From assembly GCA_963665465.1 (NCBI GenBank), contig OY762226.1, positions 5,061,177-5,125,176 on the forward strand: a stretch of DNA of 64,000 nt, written 5' to 3'. This DNA comes from Vicinamibacterales bacterium. GTDB lineage: Bacteria; Acidobacteriota; Vicinamibacteria; Vicinamibacterales; UBA8438. How positions within the stretch are numbered: the stretch's first letter is position 1; each line of letters opens with the position of its first letter. The notes below the pieces were generated by a model, which had not been told where the DNA came from, did not search any database, and saw only the letters and a list, made by a program, of their open reading frames with translations. The translations under genes and the position numbers were made by a program. Below, piece by piece: positions 52,339 to 61,139 of the stretch.

Positions 52339-53070
52339 CTACTCCCAGCTCCCCAGCTCGCGCCCCGCGACGACCGGCCCGCTCGCCCACGCGTTCCCGC
52401 CGCGGACGACGCGCTCGCCGGCGATCGGCACGAGCCGCACCGTCCTGCTCTCGCCCGGCTCGAAGCGCACCGCCGTGCCCGCCGGGATGTCCAGGCGGTG
52501 GCCGTAGGCGGCCCGGCGGTCGAAGACCAGGGCGCGGTTGGTCTCGAAGAAGTGGTAGTGGCTGCCGACCTGAATCGGCCGGTCGCCGGAGTTCGCGACC
52601 GCCAGGGCGATGGGGGAGCGGTCCTCGTTCAGCGTGATCTGCCCCTCGGCCGTCAGCACCTCGCCCGGGGTGCCCGGGACCGCGGCCGCCGGTCGGCCCA
52701 CGGTCGGCGCCGGCGCCCGCGCCTCGAGAAAGCTGCCGTAGAGCGCCAGGGCGCGGTCGCCGTGCTCCGCCACGATCGGATGGTGCACGGTCACCAGCTT
52801 CGTGCCGTCGGGGAACGTGCCCTCCACCTGCACCTCGTCGACCATGTCGGCGACGCCGTCGAGGACCTCGGCGGTCCCCAGGAGGCGGCGCCCGAGGTCC
52901 ATCAGCTCGGCCACGGACCGGCCGTCGCGGATGAGCTCGAGCAGCTGCGTGGCGATGAGCGCGACCGCCTCCACGTAGTTGAGCCTGACGCCGCGGGCCA
53001 GGCGCTTCTGCGCAAGGAACCCCGCCTGGTGCAGGATCAGCTTGTCGACTTCGCGCGGTGTGAGGTGCAT
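52339..53070 (-). CDS. ureAB: fused urease gamma-beta subunit
   Basis: [23 protein letters not shown] (UreA), then a Pro/Ala linker, then [17 protein letters not shown]...[13 protein letters not shown] (UreB) in one frame. Confidence 0.9.
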   Translation of the reverse strand: MHLTPREVDKLILHQAGFLAQKRLARGVRLNYVEAVALIATQLLELIRDGRSVAELMDLGRRLLGTAEVLDGVADMVDEVQVEGTFPDGTKLVTVHHPIVAEHGDRALALYGSFLEARAPAPTVGRPAAAVPGTPGEVLTAEGQITLNEDRSPIALAVANSGDRPIQVGSHYHFFETNRALVFDRRAAYGHRLDIPAGTAVRFEPGESRTVRLVPIAGERVVRGGNAWASGPVVAGRELGSWE

Positions 53071-53074
53071 GTCC

Positions 53075-53968
53075 CTACCATTTCCGTGCCCAGGGGCTGT
53101 CGCCGAGCAGCCGGGGCACAAAGTCTAACCAGTCTCGCACGGCGCCGTCGACGGCCTCGAGCGTGCGCCCCGCGATGCGCACGACGCAGCCGCCGCCGTC
53201 GAGGGGCGCGCACGCCACGAGGCGGTCGCTGCCCCGTGCCACCGGCAGCGCGCGCACGCGCTCGTCGAGCCGGCGCGCCTCCGCCTCGAGCGCGCGTCCG
53301 ATCACGACGGCCACGGCCAGGACGTCGTGACGGCCGAAGCGTTCCGCCAGCCGGCCGTCTTCCGCGCGCAGCGCCAGCGCGTCGTGGACGACCAGGCGGC
53401 CGTCGACGCGGATCGTGGTGCGGCTGACGTACTCCTCGAAGGCCCATCGTTCGCCGGACTCCCGCCGGCCCGAGGTGACGCAGTCGAGCAGGACCAGGCC
53501 GCCGCCGCCGGCGATGCTGACGCGCTGGGTCTGCCGGTAGCGGGAGCCGGCGAAGCAGATCGCCGCGTCGGGCGCGACGACGAGCAGTCCGCCCTCCCGC
53601 ACGTCGGCGTCGAGCGCCGCGCGCGTGCCGCGCGGCGACCGGTAGACCTTGGTGGCGGACTGCGTCGAGAGGAAGGCGGCGGCACCGCTGCCGACCGACG
53701 CCCGGATGCTGATGTCGTCGCCGTCGACCAGCCCGCCGCCGTAGCTCGACGAGTAGATCCAGGCCGCATGGCCATGGTTCCGCGGCGTCAGCAGGCGCAG
53801 CGGGCTGGTGGCATAGGCCTGCCGCACGACGCTCCGCCCCCGGCTCCGCTCGACGGTGAACCGCCCGCTGCCGGGCCGCCTCGCATCGCGCGGGTCCGGC
53901 GGCCGTGCCGCCGGCGGCGCGGGGCGGGGATCGGCGCTAGACGGTGAGGTACTGGCGGATGTGCTCAT
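53075..53968 (-). CDS. ureD: urease accessory protein UreD
   Basis: 297 aa with a UreD-like body ([13 protein letters not shown]..., [18 protein letters not shown]). It has a low-complexity N-terminus and overlaps urtE by 32 bp, so the true start may be further downstream. Confidence 0.8.
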   Translation of the reverse strand: MSTSASTSPSSADPRPAPPAARPPDPRDARRPGSGRFTVERSRGRSVVRQAYATSPLRLLTPRNHGHAAWIYSSSYGGGLVDGDDISIRASVGSGAAAFLSTQSATKVYRSPRGTRAALDADVREGGLLVVAPDAAICFAGSRYRQTQRVSIAGGGGLVLLDCVTSGRRESGERWAFEEYVSRTTIRVDGRLVVHDALALRAEDGRLAERFGRHDVLAVAVVIGRALEAEARRLDERVRALPVARGSDRLVACAPLDGGGCVVRIAGRTLEAVDGAVRDWLDFVPRLLGDSPWARKW

Positions 53969-54638
53969 CGCTCAGCTCGTCGATCGCACCGCCGGCGACC
54001 AGCCGCCCCTTGTCCAGGATGCGGAACTCGCTGGCCACGCGCCGGGCGAACGGCAGCTTCTGTTCCACGAGCAGCACGGTCACGCCAGCGTCCCGATTGA
54101 GCCTGAGGATGATATCGCCGATCTCGTGGACGATGTTCGGCTGGATGCCTTCCGTCGGCTCGTCGAGGACCAGCAGCCGCGGCTCGAGCACCAGGGCGCG
54201 CCCGATCGCGAGCTGCTGCTGCTGTCCGCCGGACAGGTCGCCCCCCCGGCGCTGGAGCATCCGCTTGAGCACCGGGAAGATCTCGAACACGCGCGGCGGA
54301 ATCGCACGGCCGCCGTCGCGCCGCGCGGCCATCCCGATCTGCAGGTTCTCCTCCACGGTGAGCTGCGGAAAGATCTCGCGTCCCTGCGGGACGTAGCCGA
54401 TGCCCAGCCGCGCCCGGTCCTCCGGCGGGCGCGCGAGCAACTCGACGTCGTCGAGCGTCGCCGTGCCGGACGTCACCGGCACGAGGCCCATCAGGCACTT
54501 GAGGAGCGTGGTCTTGCCCATGCCGTTGCGGCCCATCAGGCACAGGCGCGTCCCGGCCGCCACGTCCAGGTCGATGCCCCACAGCGTCTGGCTGCCGCCG
54601 TACGACTGGTTCAGGGCCTTGATTCGCAGGAGGCTCAT
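53937..54638 (-). CDS. urtE: urea ABC transporter ATP-binding protein UrtE
   Basis: GRNGMGKTT, LSGGQQQQL and LVLDEP motifs; the last gene of the urt set. Confidence 0.85.
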   Translation of the reverse strand: MSLLRIKALNQSYGGSQTLWGIDLDVAAGTRLCLMGRNGMGKTTLLKCLMGLVPVTSGTATLDDVELLARPPEDRARLGIGYVPQGREIFPQLTVEENLQIGMAARRDGGRAIPPRVFEIFPVLKRMLQRRGGDLSGGQQQQLAIGRALVLEPRLLVLDEPTEGIQPNIVHEIGDIILRLNRDAGVTVLLVEQKLPFARRVASEFRILDKGRLVAGGAIDELSDEHIRQYLTV

Positions 54639-55465
54639 GCGCCGAGATACACCTCGATGACGCGCGGGTCGGCCTGCACGTCATCCATGCTTCCCTCCGC
54701 CAGCACCCGGCCCTCGTGCAGGACGACCACCCGGTTCGCTATCGACCGCACGAACTCCATGTCGTGCTCCACGACGACCACGGAATGCTGGCCGGCCAGC
54801 GTGAGGAGCAGCTCGCCGGTGCGTTCGGTCTCCTGCGGCGTCATGCCGGCCACGGGCTCGTCCACGAGCAGCAGCTTCGGATCCTGCATCAGCAGCATGC
54901 CGATCTCGAGCCACTGCTTCTGCCCGTGGGCCAGCGTGCCGGCCCGGGACTCGCGCTCGGCCGTCAGTCCCGTCGTTTCGAGCACGGCGTCGATGCCCTC
55001 GCGGTCGCGGCGCGTGAGGCGGGCGAAGACGCTGCGCCAGAACGACTTCTCGCCGGCCAGCGCGAGCTCGAGGTTCTCGAAGACGGTGAGGAAGTCGAAC
55101 ACGGTCGGCTTCTGGAACTTGCGGCAGATCCCGAACTGGGCGATCGCCGGCTCGCTCAGCGCCAGCAGATTCGTCTCGTTGCCGTACCACACCGTTCCCT
55201 GCTGCGGGCGGGTCTTGCCGGTCACGACGTCCATCATCGTCGTCTTGCCGGCCCCGTTCGGGCCGATGACGCACAGCAGCTCGCCCGGGTCGACGTGCAT
55301 GGTCAGATCGTCGAGCGCCTTGAACCCGTCGAAGGTCACCGTCACGTCGCGGATGTACAGCACGTTGCCGCTCAGCACCGACGGCTTGCGCCGCAGCGCG
55401 GCTTCCCGCTTTTCGCGCCAGGCCTCGCGCCTGCCCGCGGAGCCGCCGGGCGGGGCGCCGTTCAC
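54635..55465 (-). CDS. urtD: urea ABC transporter ATP-binding protein UrtD
   Basis: GPNGAGKTT, LAHGQKQWLE and LLLVDEP motifs. GTG 55465 overlaps the urtC stop (GTGA). Confidence 0.85.
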   Translation of the reverse strand: MNGAPPGGSAGRREAWREKREAALRRKPSVLSGNVLYIRDVTVTFDGFKALDDLTMHVDPGELLCVIGPNGAGKTTMMDVVTGKTRPQQGTVWYGNETNLLALSEPAIAQFGICRKFQKPTVFDFLTVFENLELALAGEKSFWRSVFARLTRRDREGIDAVLETTGLTAERESRAGTLAHGQKQWLEIGMLLMQDPKLLLVDEPVAGMTPQETERTGELLLTLAGQHSVVVVEHDMEFVRSIANRVVVLHEGRVLAEGSMDDVQADPRVIEVYLGA

Positions 55466-56568
55466 GCGCCGCGCCTCGCCGCGGGCAGGAGGCCGGCCAG
55501 CCCGCGCGGAAGGAAGAGCGTGGAGCAGACGAACACCGCGCCGAGGGCGTACAGCCACACCTCGGGCAGCGCGCTGGTGAAGTACGTCTTGGCGTAGTTG
55601 ACGAGCACGGCCCCGACCGCGGCGCCGTACAGGGTGCCGCGGCCGCCGACCGCCACCCAGATCACCACCTCGATGGAGTTGATGGGCTCGAATTCGCCGG
55701 GGTTGATGATGCCGATCTGCGGCACGTAGAGCGCCCCGGCCACGCCGGCCAGCACCGCCGACAGCACGAACACCCAGAGCTTGTAGGCGTCCACCCGGTA
55801 GCCGAGAAAGCGGGTGCGGCTTTCGGCGTCGCGGATGGCCCGCAGGACCCGTCCGGCGCGCGAGGCGAGCACGACCCGGCACGTCCAGTAGCTCAGGCCG
55901 AGGACGACGGCGGTGACGGCCAGCAGCGTGGATCGGGTCGCGTCGCTCTGCAGGTCGAAGCCGAGCAGGTCCTTGAAGTCGGTGAAGCCGTTGTTGCCCC
56001 CGAAGCCCATGTCGTTGCGGAAGAAGGCGAGCATCAGGGCGTAGGTGAGCGCCTGCGTCATGATCGACAGGTAGACGCCGGTGACGCGGGAGCGGAACGC
56101 CAGCCAGCCGAACACGAAGGCGAGGGCGCCGGGCCCGAGCGCCACCATGACGACCGCGAACCAGAAGCGGTCGAATCCGTACCAGAACCACGGCAGCTCG
56201 GTCCAGTTCAGGAACACCATGAAATCGGGCAGCACCGGATGCCCGTATACGCCGCGGGTCCCGATCTGGCGCATGAGGTACATCCCCATGGCGTAGCCCC
56301 CGAGCGCGAAGAAGGCGGCGTGGCCCAGGCTCAGGATCCCGACGAAGCCCCAGATGAAGTCGACCGCGAGGGCCAGCAGCGCGTAGCAGAGGTACTTGCC
56401 GATCAGGCCGACGGCGTAGGTCGACAGGTGCAGCGGGGAGGATTCCGGCACCGCGAGGTTGAGAAGCGGCGCCGCGACGGCCACCACCGCCAGGCAGCTC
56501 AGGAAGGCCTTGCTGCCGCTGTCCGCAACGACCGCCGGCAGGCGCGGCAGGCGCGGCAGGCGCCTCAT
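55462..56568 (-). CDS. urtC: urea ABC transporter permease UrtC
   Basis: Branched-chain-type permease with multiple TM helices. ATG 56568 overlaps the urtB stop (ATGA). Confidence 0.85.
   Translation of the reverse strand: MRRLPRLPRLPAVVADSGSKAFLSCLAVVAVAAPLLNLAVPESSPLHLSTYAVGLIGKYLCYALLALAVDFIWGFVGILSLGHAAFFALGGYAMGMYLMRQIGTRGVYGHPVLPDFMVFLNWTELPWFWYGFDRFWFAVVMVALGPGALAFVFGWLAFRSRVTGVYLSIMTQALTYALMLAFFRNDMGFGGNNGFTDFKDLLGFDLQSDATRSTLLAVTAVVLGLSYWTCRVVLASRAGRVLRAIRDAESRTRFLGYRVDAYKLWVFVLSAVLAGVAGALYVPQIGIINPGEFEPINSIEVVIWVAVGGRGTLYGAAVGAVLVNYAKTYFTSALPEVWLYALGAVFVCSTLFLPRGLAGLLPAARRGA
56537..56563. repeat. perfect 9-bp tandem repeat x3 (GGCAGGCGC)
   Basis: Read directly at 56537-45, 56546-54 and 56555-63. 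It encodes RLPRLPRLP at the UrtC N-terminus. Confidence 0.9.
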
Positions 56569-58214
56569 CCGCTCTCCGCGGCGCGCCCCACCTGCGGGAA
56601 CAGCCCGCGCGGTCGACGCTGGATGAAGAGGATGAGGACGATCAGGACGAGGATCTTGCCGAGCACCGCGCCGGCGAACGGCTCGAGCAGCTTGTTGACG
56701 ATGCCGAGCGACATCCCGCCGATGAGGGTGCCCCAGAGGTTGCCGACCCCGCCGAACACGACCACCATGAACGAGTCGACGATGTAGGACTGCCCCAGGT
56801 TGGGGCCGACGTTCGTCAACTGGGTCAGCGCCACGCCGGCCACGCCGGCGATGCCGGCCCCGAGCCCGAACGTCGCCGCGTCGACCCGGCCGGTCCGCAC
56901 CCCCATGGCGCGGGCCATGGCACGGTTCTGCGATACGGCGCGGATGTCGAGCCCCAGGCGCGTGTGCTTCAGGACGCCGAGCACGAGCGTGAACACGATG
57001 ATCGCGAACAGCACGATGTAGAGCCGGTTGTAGGTGAGCGAGAACGCCTCGTTGAACTGCAGGGCCCCGCTCATCCACGCCGGCGTGACGACCGCGCGGT
57101 TGTTGGCGGAGAAGACCGACCGCACGAGCTGCTGCAACACGAGGCTGACGCCGAAGGTCGCCAGCAGCGTCTCGAGCGGACGCCCGTAGAGGAACCGGAT
57201 GACCGTCCTCTCGATGAGCACGCCGGCGGATCCCGAGACGACGAACGCCGCGGGCACCGCCACCAGCAGCGAGACGCCGATGAGGTCCGGCATCCACAGC
57301 TGCACGACGTAGGTCGTGTAGGCGCCGAGCATCATCAGCTCGCCGTGGGCCATGTTGATGACCCCCATCACGCCGAACGTGATGGCGAGGCCGATGGCCA
57401 CCAGCACCAGCACGGAGCCCAGGCTCAGGCCGAAGGCGACGGTCTCGAGCACCGAGTACGCGTTGCGCGTCGAGTCGATCTGCCAGATCGCGTCGACCGC
57501 CGCGGCGCGCACGGCCTCGTCGGTCTCGGCGTAGCGGCCGTCGTCGTCCTGCGCGACGAGCGCCGCGAGCCGGTTGTGGACCACGGGGTGCAGGCGGCCG
57601 GAGAGCCGCTCCACGGCGGCCAGGCGCACCGCCGGGTCGGCGTCGTCGAGCGCCTCGATCGACAGGGCCGTCTCGATCTCGTAGGCCACGTCCGCATCGG
57701 TCTCCACGGGTGCCCGGCGGCGCAGCAGGTCGAAGGTGGCCGCGTCGAGGCTGCGCAGCAGCTCCCGGACGGAGTCGAGCCGCACGTCGGCGGCGGGGCT
57801 CGAGAGGCCGAAGCGTGCAATGGCGGTGCGCAGGAACCGCCGCAACCGGTTGTTGGTGATGATCCGGTCCAGCGCGTCGGGCGGGGCCGCCTCGACGGCG
57901 GCCAGCGAGGCGGGGTCGAGCAGCTGGAAGGCAGCGAGCCGCTCGTCGTTCGACTCGACGATGAAGACGGCGCCGTCGCGCTCGCGGAGGAACAGGCGGT
58001 CCTCGAGGAGCGCGACGAGCACGTCCCGGGCGCCGGGATGTCCGGTCGCGCTCAGGCGCTCGGACACCGCCTCCTTCTCGCGGAAGTTGGCGTCGGCGAG
58101 CGTGGCGACCAGCGCCCGGAACGCGTCGTCGTCGGTCTGCGCCGGGGCAGGCGCCGGCGCGGCGAGGAGGCAGCCGGCGAGCAGCAGGCATGCGCTCCAC
58201 GGCCCGCCGGGCAC
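56565..58214 (-). CDS. urtB: urea ABC transporter permease UrtB with a long N-terminal periplasmic extension
   Basis: C-terminal LivH-like permease domain. About 240 aa of helical-repeat N-terminal region behind a signal-like VPGGPWSACLLLAGCLLAAPAPAPAQ. GTG 58214 chosen just downstream of the urtA stop. Confidence 0.8.
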   Translation of the reverse strand: MPGGPWSACLLLAGCLLAAPAPAPAQTDDDAFRALVATLADANFREKEAVSERLSATGHPGARDVLVALLEDRLFLRERDGAVFIVESNDERLAAFQLLDPASLAAVEAAPPDALDRIITNNRLRRFLRTAIARFGLSSPAADVRLDSVRELLRSLDAATFDLLRRRAPVETDADVAYEIETALSIEALDDADPAVRLAAVERLSGRLHPVVHNRLAALVAQDDDGRYAETDEAVRAAAVDAIWQIDSTRNAYSVLETVAFGLSLGSVLVLVAIGLAITFGVMGVINMAHGELMMLGAYTTYVVQLWMPDLIGVSLLVAVPAAFVVSGSAGVLIERTVIRFLYGRPLETLLATFGVSLVLQQLVRSVFSANNRAVVTPAWMSGALQFNEAFSLTYNRLYIVLFAIIVFTLVLGVLKHTRLGLDIRAVSQNRAMARAMGVRTGRVDAATFGLGAGIAGVAGVALTQLTNVGPNLGQSYIVDSFMVVVFGGVGNLWGTLIGGMSLGIVNKLLEPFAGAVLGKILVLIVLILFIQRRPRGLFPQVGRAAESG

Positions 58215-58222
58215 CGCCGCCC

Positions 58223-59539
58223 CTACTCGTAGTTCTGTCCGGAGCACTCCTGCGTCTCGGTGTTGTAGTTGCCGCAGTTGAGCGACACCCAGTCCGCCTC
58301 GGTGTCCTCGCTGCCCGGCAGGTAGTCCGACCAGGCGTCGCCCGGCACCGTGTCGTCCGTCTGCCAGACGACGTCGAACTGCCCGTTCGCCTGCACCTCG
58401 CCGATGTACACCGGCTTGGTGATGTGGTGGTTCGGCAGCACGCGCGCGATCCCGCCGGTCAGGTTGGGCGTCTCCGTGCCCGGCAGGGCCTCGAGCACCG
58501 CATCGACGTCGGTCGTGCCCGCCTTCTCCACCGCCTTGGCCCACAGGTTGAAGCCGATGTAGTGCGCTTCCATCGGATCGTTCGTCGTCCGGTCCGCATT
58601 GCCGACGAACGCCTTCCACTGGCCGATGAAGTCGGCGTTGACGGGCGAATCCACGCTCTGGAAGTAGTTCCAGGCGGCGAGGTGGCCGACCAGGGGCGTG
58701 GTGTCGAGACCGGAGAGCTCTTCTTCACCCACGGAGAACGCGACCACGGGAATATCGTCCGCCGAGACCTCCTGATTGGCGAGCTCGAGGTAGAACGGGA
58801 CGTTGGCGTCGCCATTGATCGTGGACACCACGGCCGTCGGCTTGCCGGCGGAGCCGAAGCGGCGGATCGCGGCCACGCGGGTCTGCCAGTCGGAATGCCC
58901 GAACGGCGTGTAGTTGATGGAGATGTCCTCATCGGCGACGCCCTTCTGCTTCAGGTACGCCTCGAGGATGCGGTTGGTCGTGCGCGGGTACACGTAGTCG
59001 GTGCCCTCGAGCACCCAGCGCTCGATGCCCACCTCGTTCATGAGGTAGTCGATGGCCGGAATCGCCTGCTGGTTGGGGGCCGCACCCGTATAGATGACGT
59101 TGCGCGACGACTCCTCGCCCTCGTACTGGACCGGGTAGAAGAGCAGGCCGTTGTTCTCCTCGAACACCGGGAGCACGGACTTTCTGGACACCGACGTCCA
59201 GCAGCCGAACACGACGTCGACCTGCTCGGACTCGAGCAGCTCGCGCGCGCGCTCGGCGAACAGCGGCCAGTCGGACGCCGGATCGACCACCACCGCCTCC
59301 AGGGGTCTGCCGAGCAGTCCGCCGGCGGCGTTCTGCTCGTCGACCATCATGAGGATGGTGTCCTTGAGGGTCGTCTCGCTGATGGCCATCGTCCCCGACA
59401 GCGAATGCAGGACGCCGACCTTGATGGGGTCGCCGCCGCCCGTCGCCGCCCCGGCGGATTCCGCGTCGCCGTCGGATCCGCCGCACGCGGCGAGGAGGGC
59501 GCCCATGCCGATGATGAGCGTTGCGTATCTCGGTTTCAT
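58223..59539 (-). CDS. urtA: urea ABC transporter substrate-binding lipoprotein UrtA
   Basis: Lipobox LLAACG, IKVGVLHSLSGTMAIS and FYPVQYEG, typical of UrtA. Confidence 0.9.
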   Translation of the reverse strand: MKPRYATLIIGMGALLAACGGSDGDAESAGAATGGGDPIKVGVLHSLSGTMAISETTLKDTILMMVDEQNAAGGLLGRPLEAVVVDPASDWPLFAERARELLESEQVDVVFGCWTSVSRKSVLPVFEENNGLLFYPVQYEGEESSRNVIYTGAAPNQQAIPAIDYLMNEVGIERWVLEGTDYVYPRTTNRILEAYLKQKGVADEDISINYTPFGHSDWQTRVAAIRRFGSAGKPTAVVSTINGDANVPFYLELANQEVSADDIPVVAFSVGEEELSGLDTTPLVGHLAAWNYFQSVDSPVNADFIGQWKAFVGNADRTTNDPMEAHYIGFNLWAKAVEKAGTTDVDAVLEALPGTETPNLTGGIARVLPNHHITKPVYIGEVQANGQFDVVWQTDDTVPGDAWSDYLPGSEDTEADWVSLNCGNYNTETQECSGQNYE

Positions 59540-59564
59540 TGATTTGGCTCCTGGGTTGACGAAT

Positions 59565-60689
59565 CTACATCTGAATCTGCAGGGCGACGCCGATCTGGAT
59601 GTCGTCCGTCTGGACCGCCGTGTAGGTGGTGTCCTTGACGAACAGCATCACGCGCGCGTCGAACTGCTTGATGAGGTAGTTGAGGTTGAATTCGCTGGTC
59701 TTCTGGTCGTAGTCCGGCGTGACGCCCTTGCGGAACCGTGCGTGGGCGTACTTGCCGAGCACCTCGAACTGACCGGGGCCGACCCGGTTCGGGAACAGGT
59801 ACGCCGCCAGGAGGTAGCCGCCGTCGTTCGTCAGGTAGCGCGGGTCGTAGCCGCCGAGGCGGTCGTACCGCGCCCACTCGGCCTCGAACGACACGGCCCC
59901 GCCGTTGCCGACCTTGCGCTCCATGAGGAAGTCGCCCGAGTAGGCCGTCCCGTCGCCGCCCTGCTGCTGCCCGGCGACACCGATGGCAAGGATGTTCCTC
60001 TCGCCGTAGAACGTGCCGTTCAGGTAGTAGCCGGGCTCGGGGTCCCAGAAGTCCACCTGCACCCGCGCGGCGCCGAGCAGCGTGGAGTTGCCGTTCAGCG
60101 ATGCGCCGTCGAAGGCGCCGACCGACACCTTGACCTTGTCGAACTGTCCCCAGTAGGCCGCACCGTCGGCGCGCCCCTGGAAGATGAAGGGGTAGCCGTC
60201 CTGGACCCCGTCGGCGAAAACGGCCCAGTGGTGCGAGTAGAACGGTCCGTACAGGTTGGCGCGGTCGCTCGGCGGCAGGAACCGTCCCATCCAGATGTTG
60301 AACTTGTCCGACATCTCGAACTGCGCGACCGCATCCAGGATCTGGAAGTCGGTGTTCTGGCTGCTGTTCGGCGCACCGAGCGACCCCCCGTAGTCGATGT
60401 CGGTGTTCACCATGAACTTGATGTTGTTCGTGACCGACCCGTTCAGGTACAAACGCAGGCTGTTGACCCGGAAGTGGTCCGTCGAATCCTCGTCTGCCGT
60501 GTCGCGGTGCAGGAAGCTGGTCTGCAGCCCGGCGCCGATCGAGATCGGCGGCAGGTCCGATTCCTCATCCTGGGCCTGGACGGGCCCCGCCGCTCCCATC
60601 GAGCCGGCGAACGCCGCGAGCAGGGCGGTTGCCAGCGGGTTCCGCCACCGCCTCGTGACGTCGTGGTCGTGCTGTCGGTGACTACGCAA
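59565..60689 (-). CDS. outer-membrane porin heading the urt-ure cluster (possible urea/short-chain amide porin)
   Basis: TTG 60689 lies 7 nt after AGGAGGAG. Signal peptide ...ALLAAFAGSMGAAGPVQAQ, beta-barrel pattern. It is 25 bp upstream of urtA. Confidence 0.6.
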   Translation of the reverse strand: MRSHRQHDHDVTRRWRNPLATALLAAFAGSMGAAGPVQAQDEESDLPPISIGAGLQTSFLHRDTADEDSTDHFRVNSLRLYLNGSVTNNIKFMVNTDIDYGGSLGAPNSSQNTDFQILDAVAQFEMSDKFNIWMGRFLPPSDRANLYGPFYSHHWAVFADGVQDGYPFIFQGRADGAAYWGQFDKVKVSVGAFDGASLNGNSTLLGAARVQVDFWDPEPGYYLNGTFYGERNILAIGVAGQQQGGDGTAYSGDFLMERKVGNGGAVSFEAEWARYDRLGGYDPRYLTNDGGYLLAAYLFPNRVGPGQFEVLGKYAHARFRKGVTPDYDQKTSEFNLNYLIKQFDARVMLFVKDTTYTAVQTDDIQIGVALQIQM

Positions 60690-60769
60690 AAAAATCTCCT
60701 CCTGACGCGTGCAGCCTCGCGCGGTGCCTCTCGACCGGCGGTGCCCCCGCGTGCAAAGCGGGGATGAAA

Positions 60770-60785
60770 TGCAAGAGGCATGCCA
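60770..60785 (-). promoter_or_regulatory. sigma-54 (-24/-12) promoter
   Basis: The minus strand reads TGGCATgcctcTTGCAT, matching TGGCAC-N5-TTGCW with correct GG/GC spacing. It is about 80 nt upstream of the porin TTG start. Confidence 0.6.
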
Positions 60786-61139
60786 ATCCAGGAGACGACT
60801 TCGTGCAGGTGCCAAAACCGGGGGCTTGCGGCAGGTGCGACACTGGCGGCGATCGGGGCCGGGTCGAAAAGCAGTGCCCGGCGACGGTGCCGATCGACAT
60901 TAATGTCAACTTGCTGTGCCCGCTGCAGACAATTGTGTAAGGAGGCGTTCCCGCGCGGACGAAAGGCATTGCGTGACACGGGAACGGCTGCGTGTAGCGT
61001 TATGCAGGAGCCGCCACAATTTCGTTGGCGGTAGATGCAGAAACGACATATGTGTCTGTTCTGGCCTTGGCCAGCAGCGTTTCTGCGGATTGGCCGGGAA
61101 ACGCCCTGGCCCGGTCGCTGCCGGCGGCGACCGGGATTC

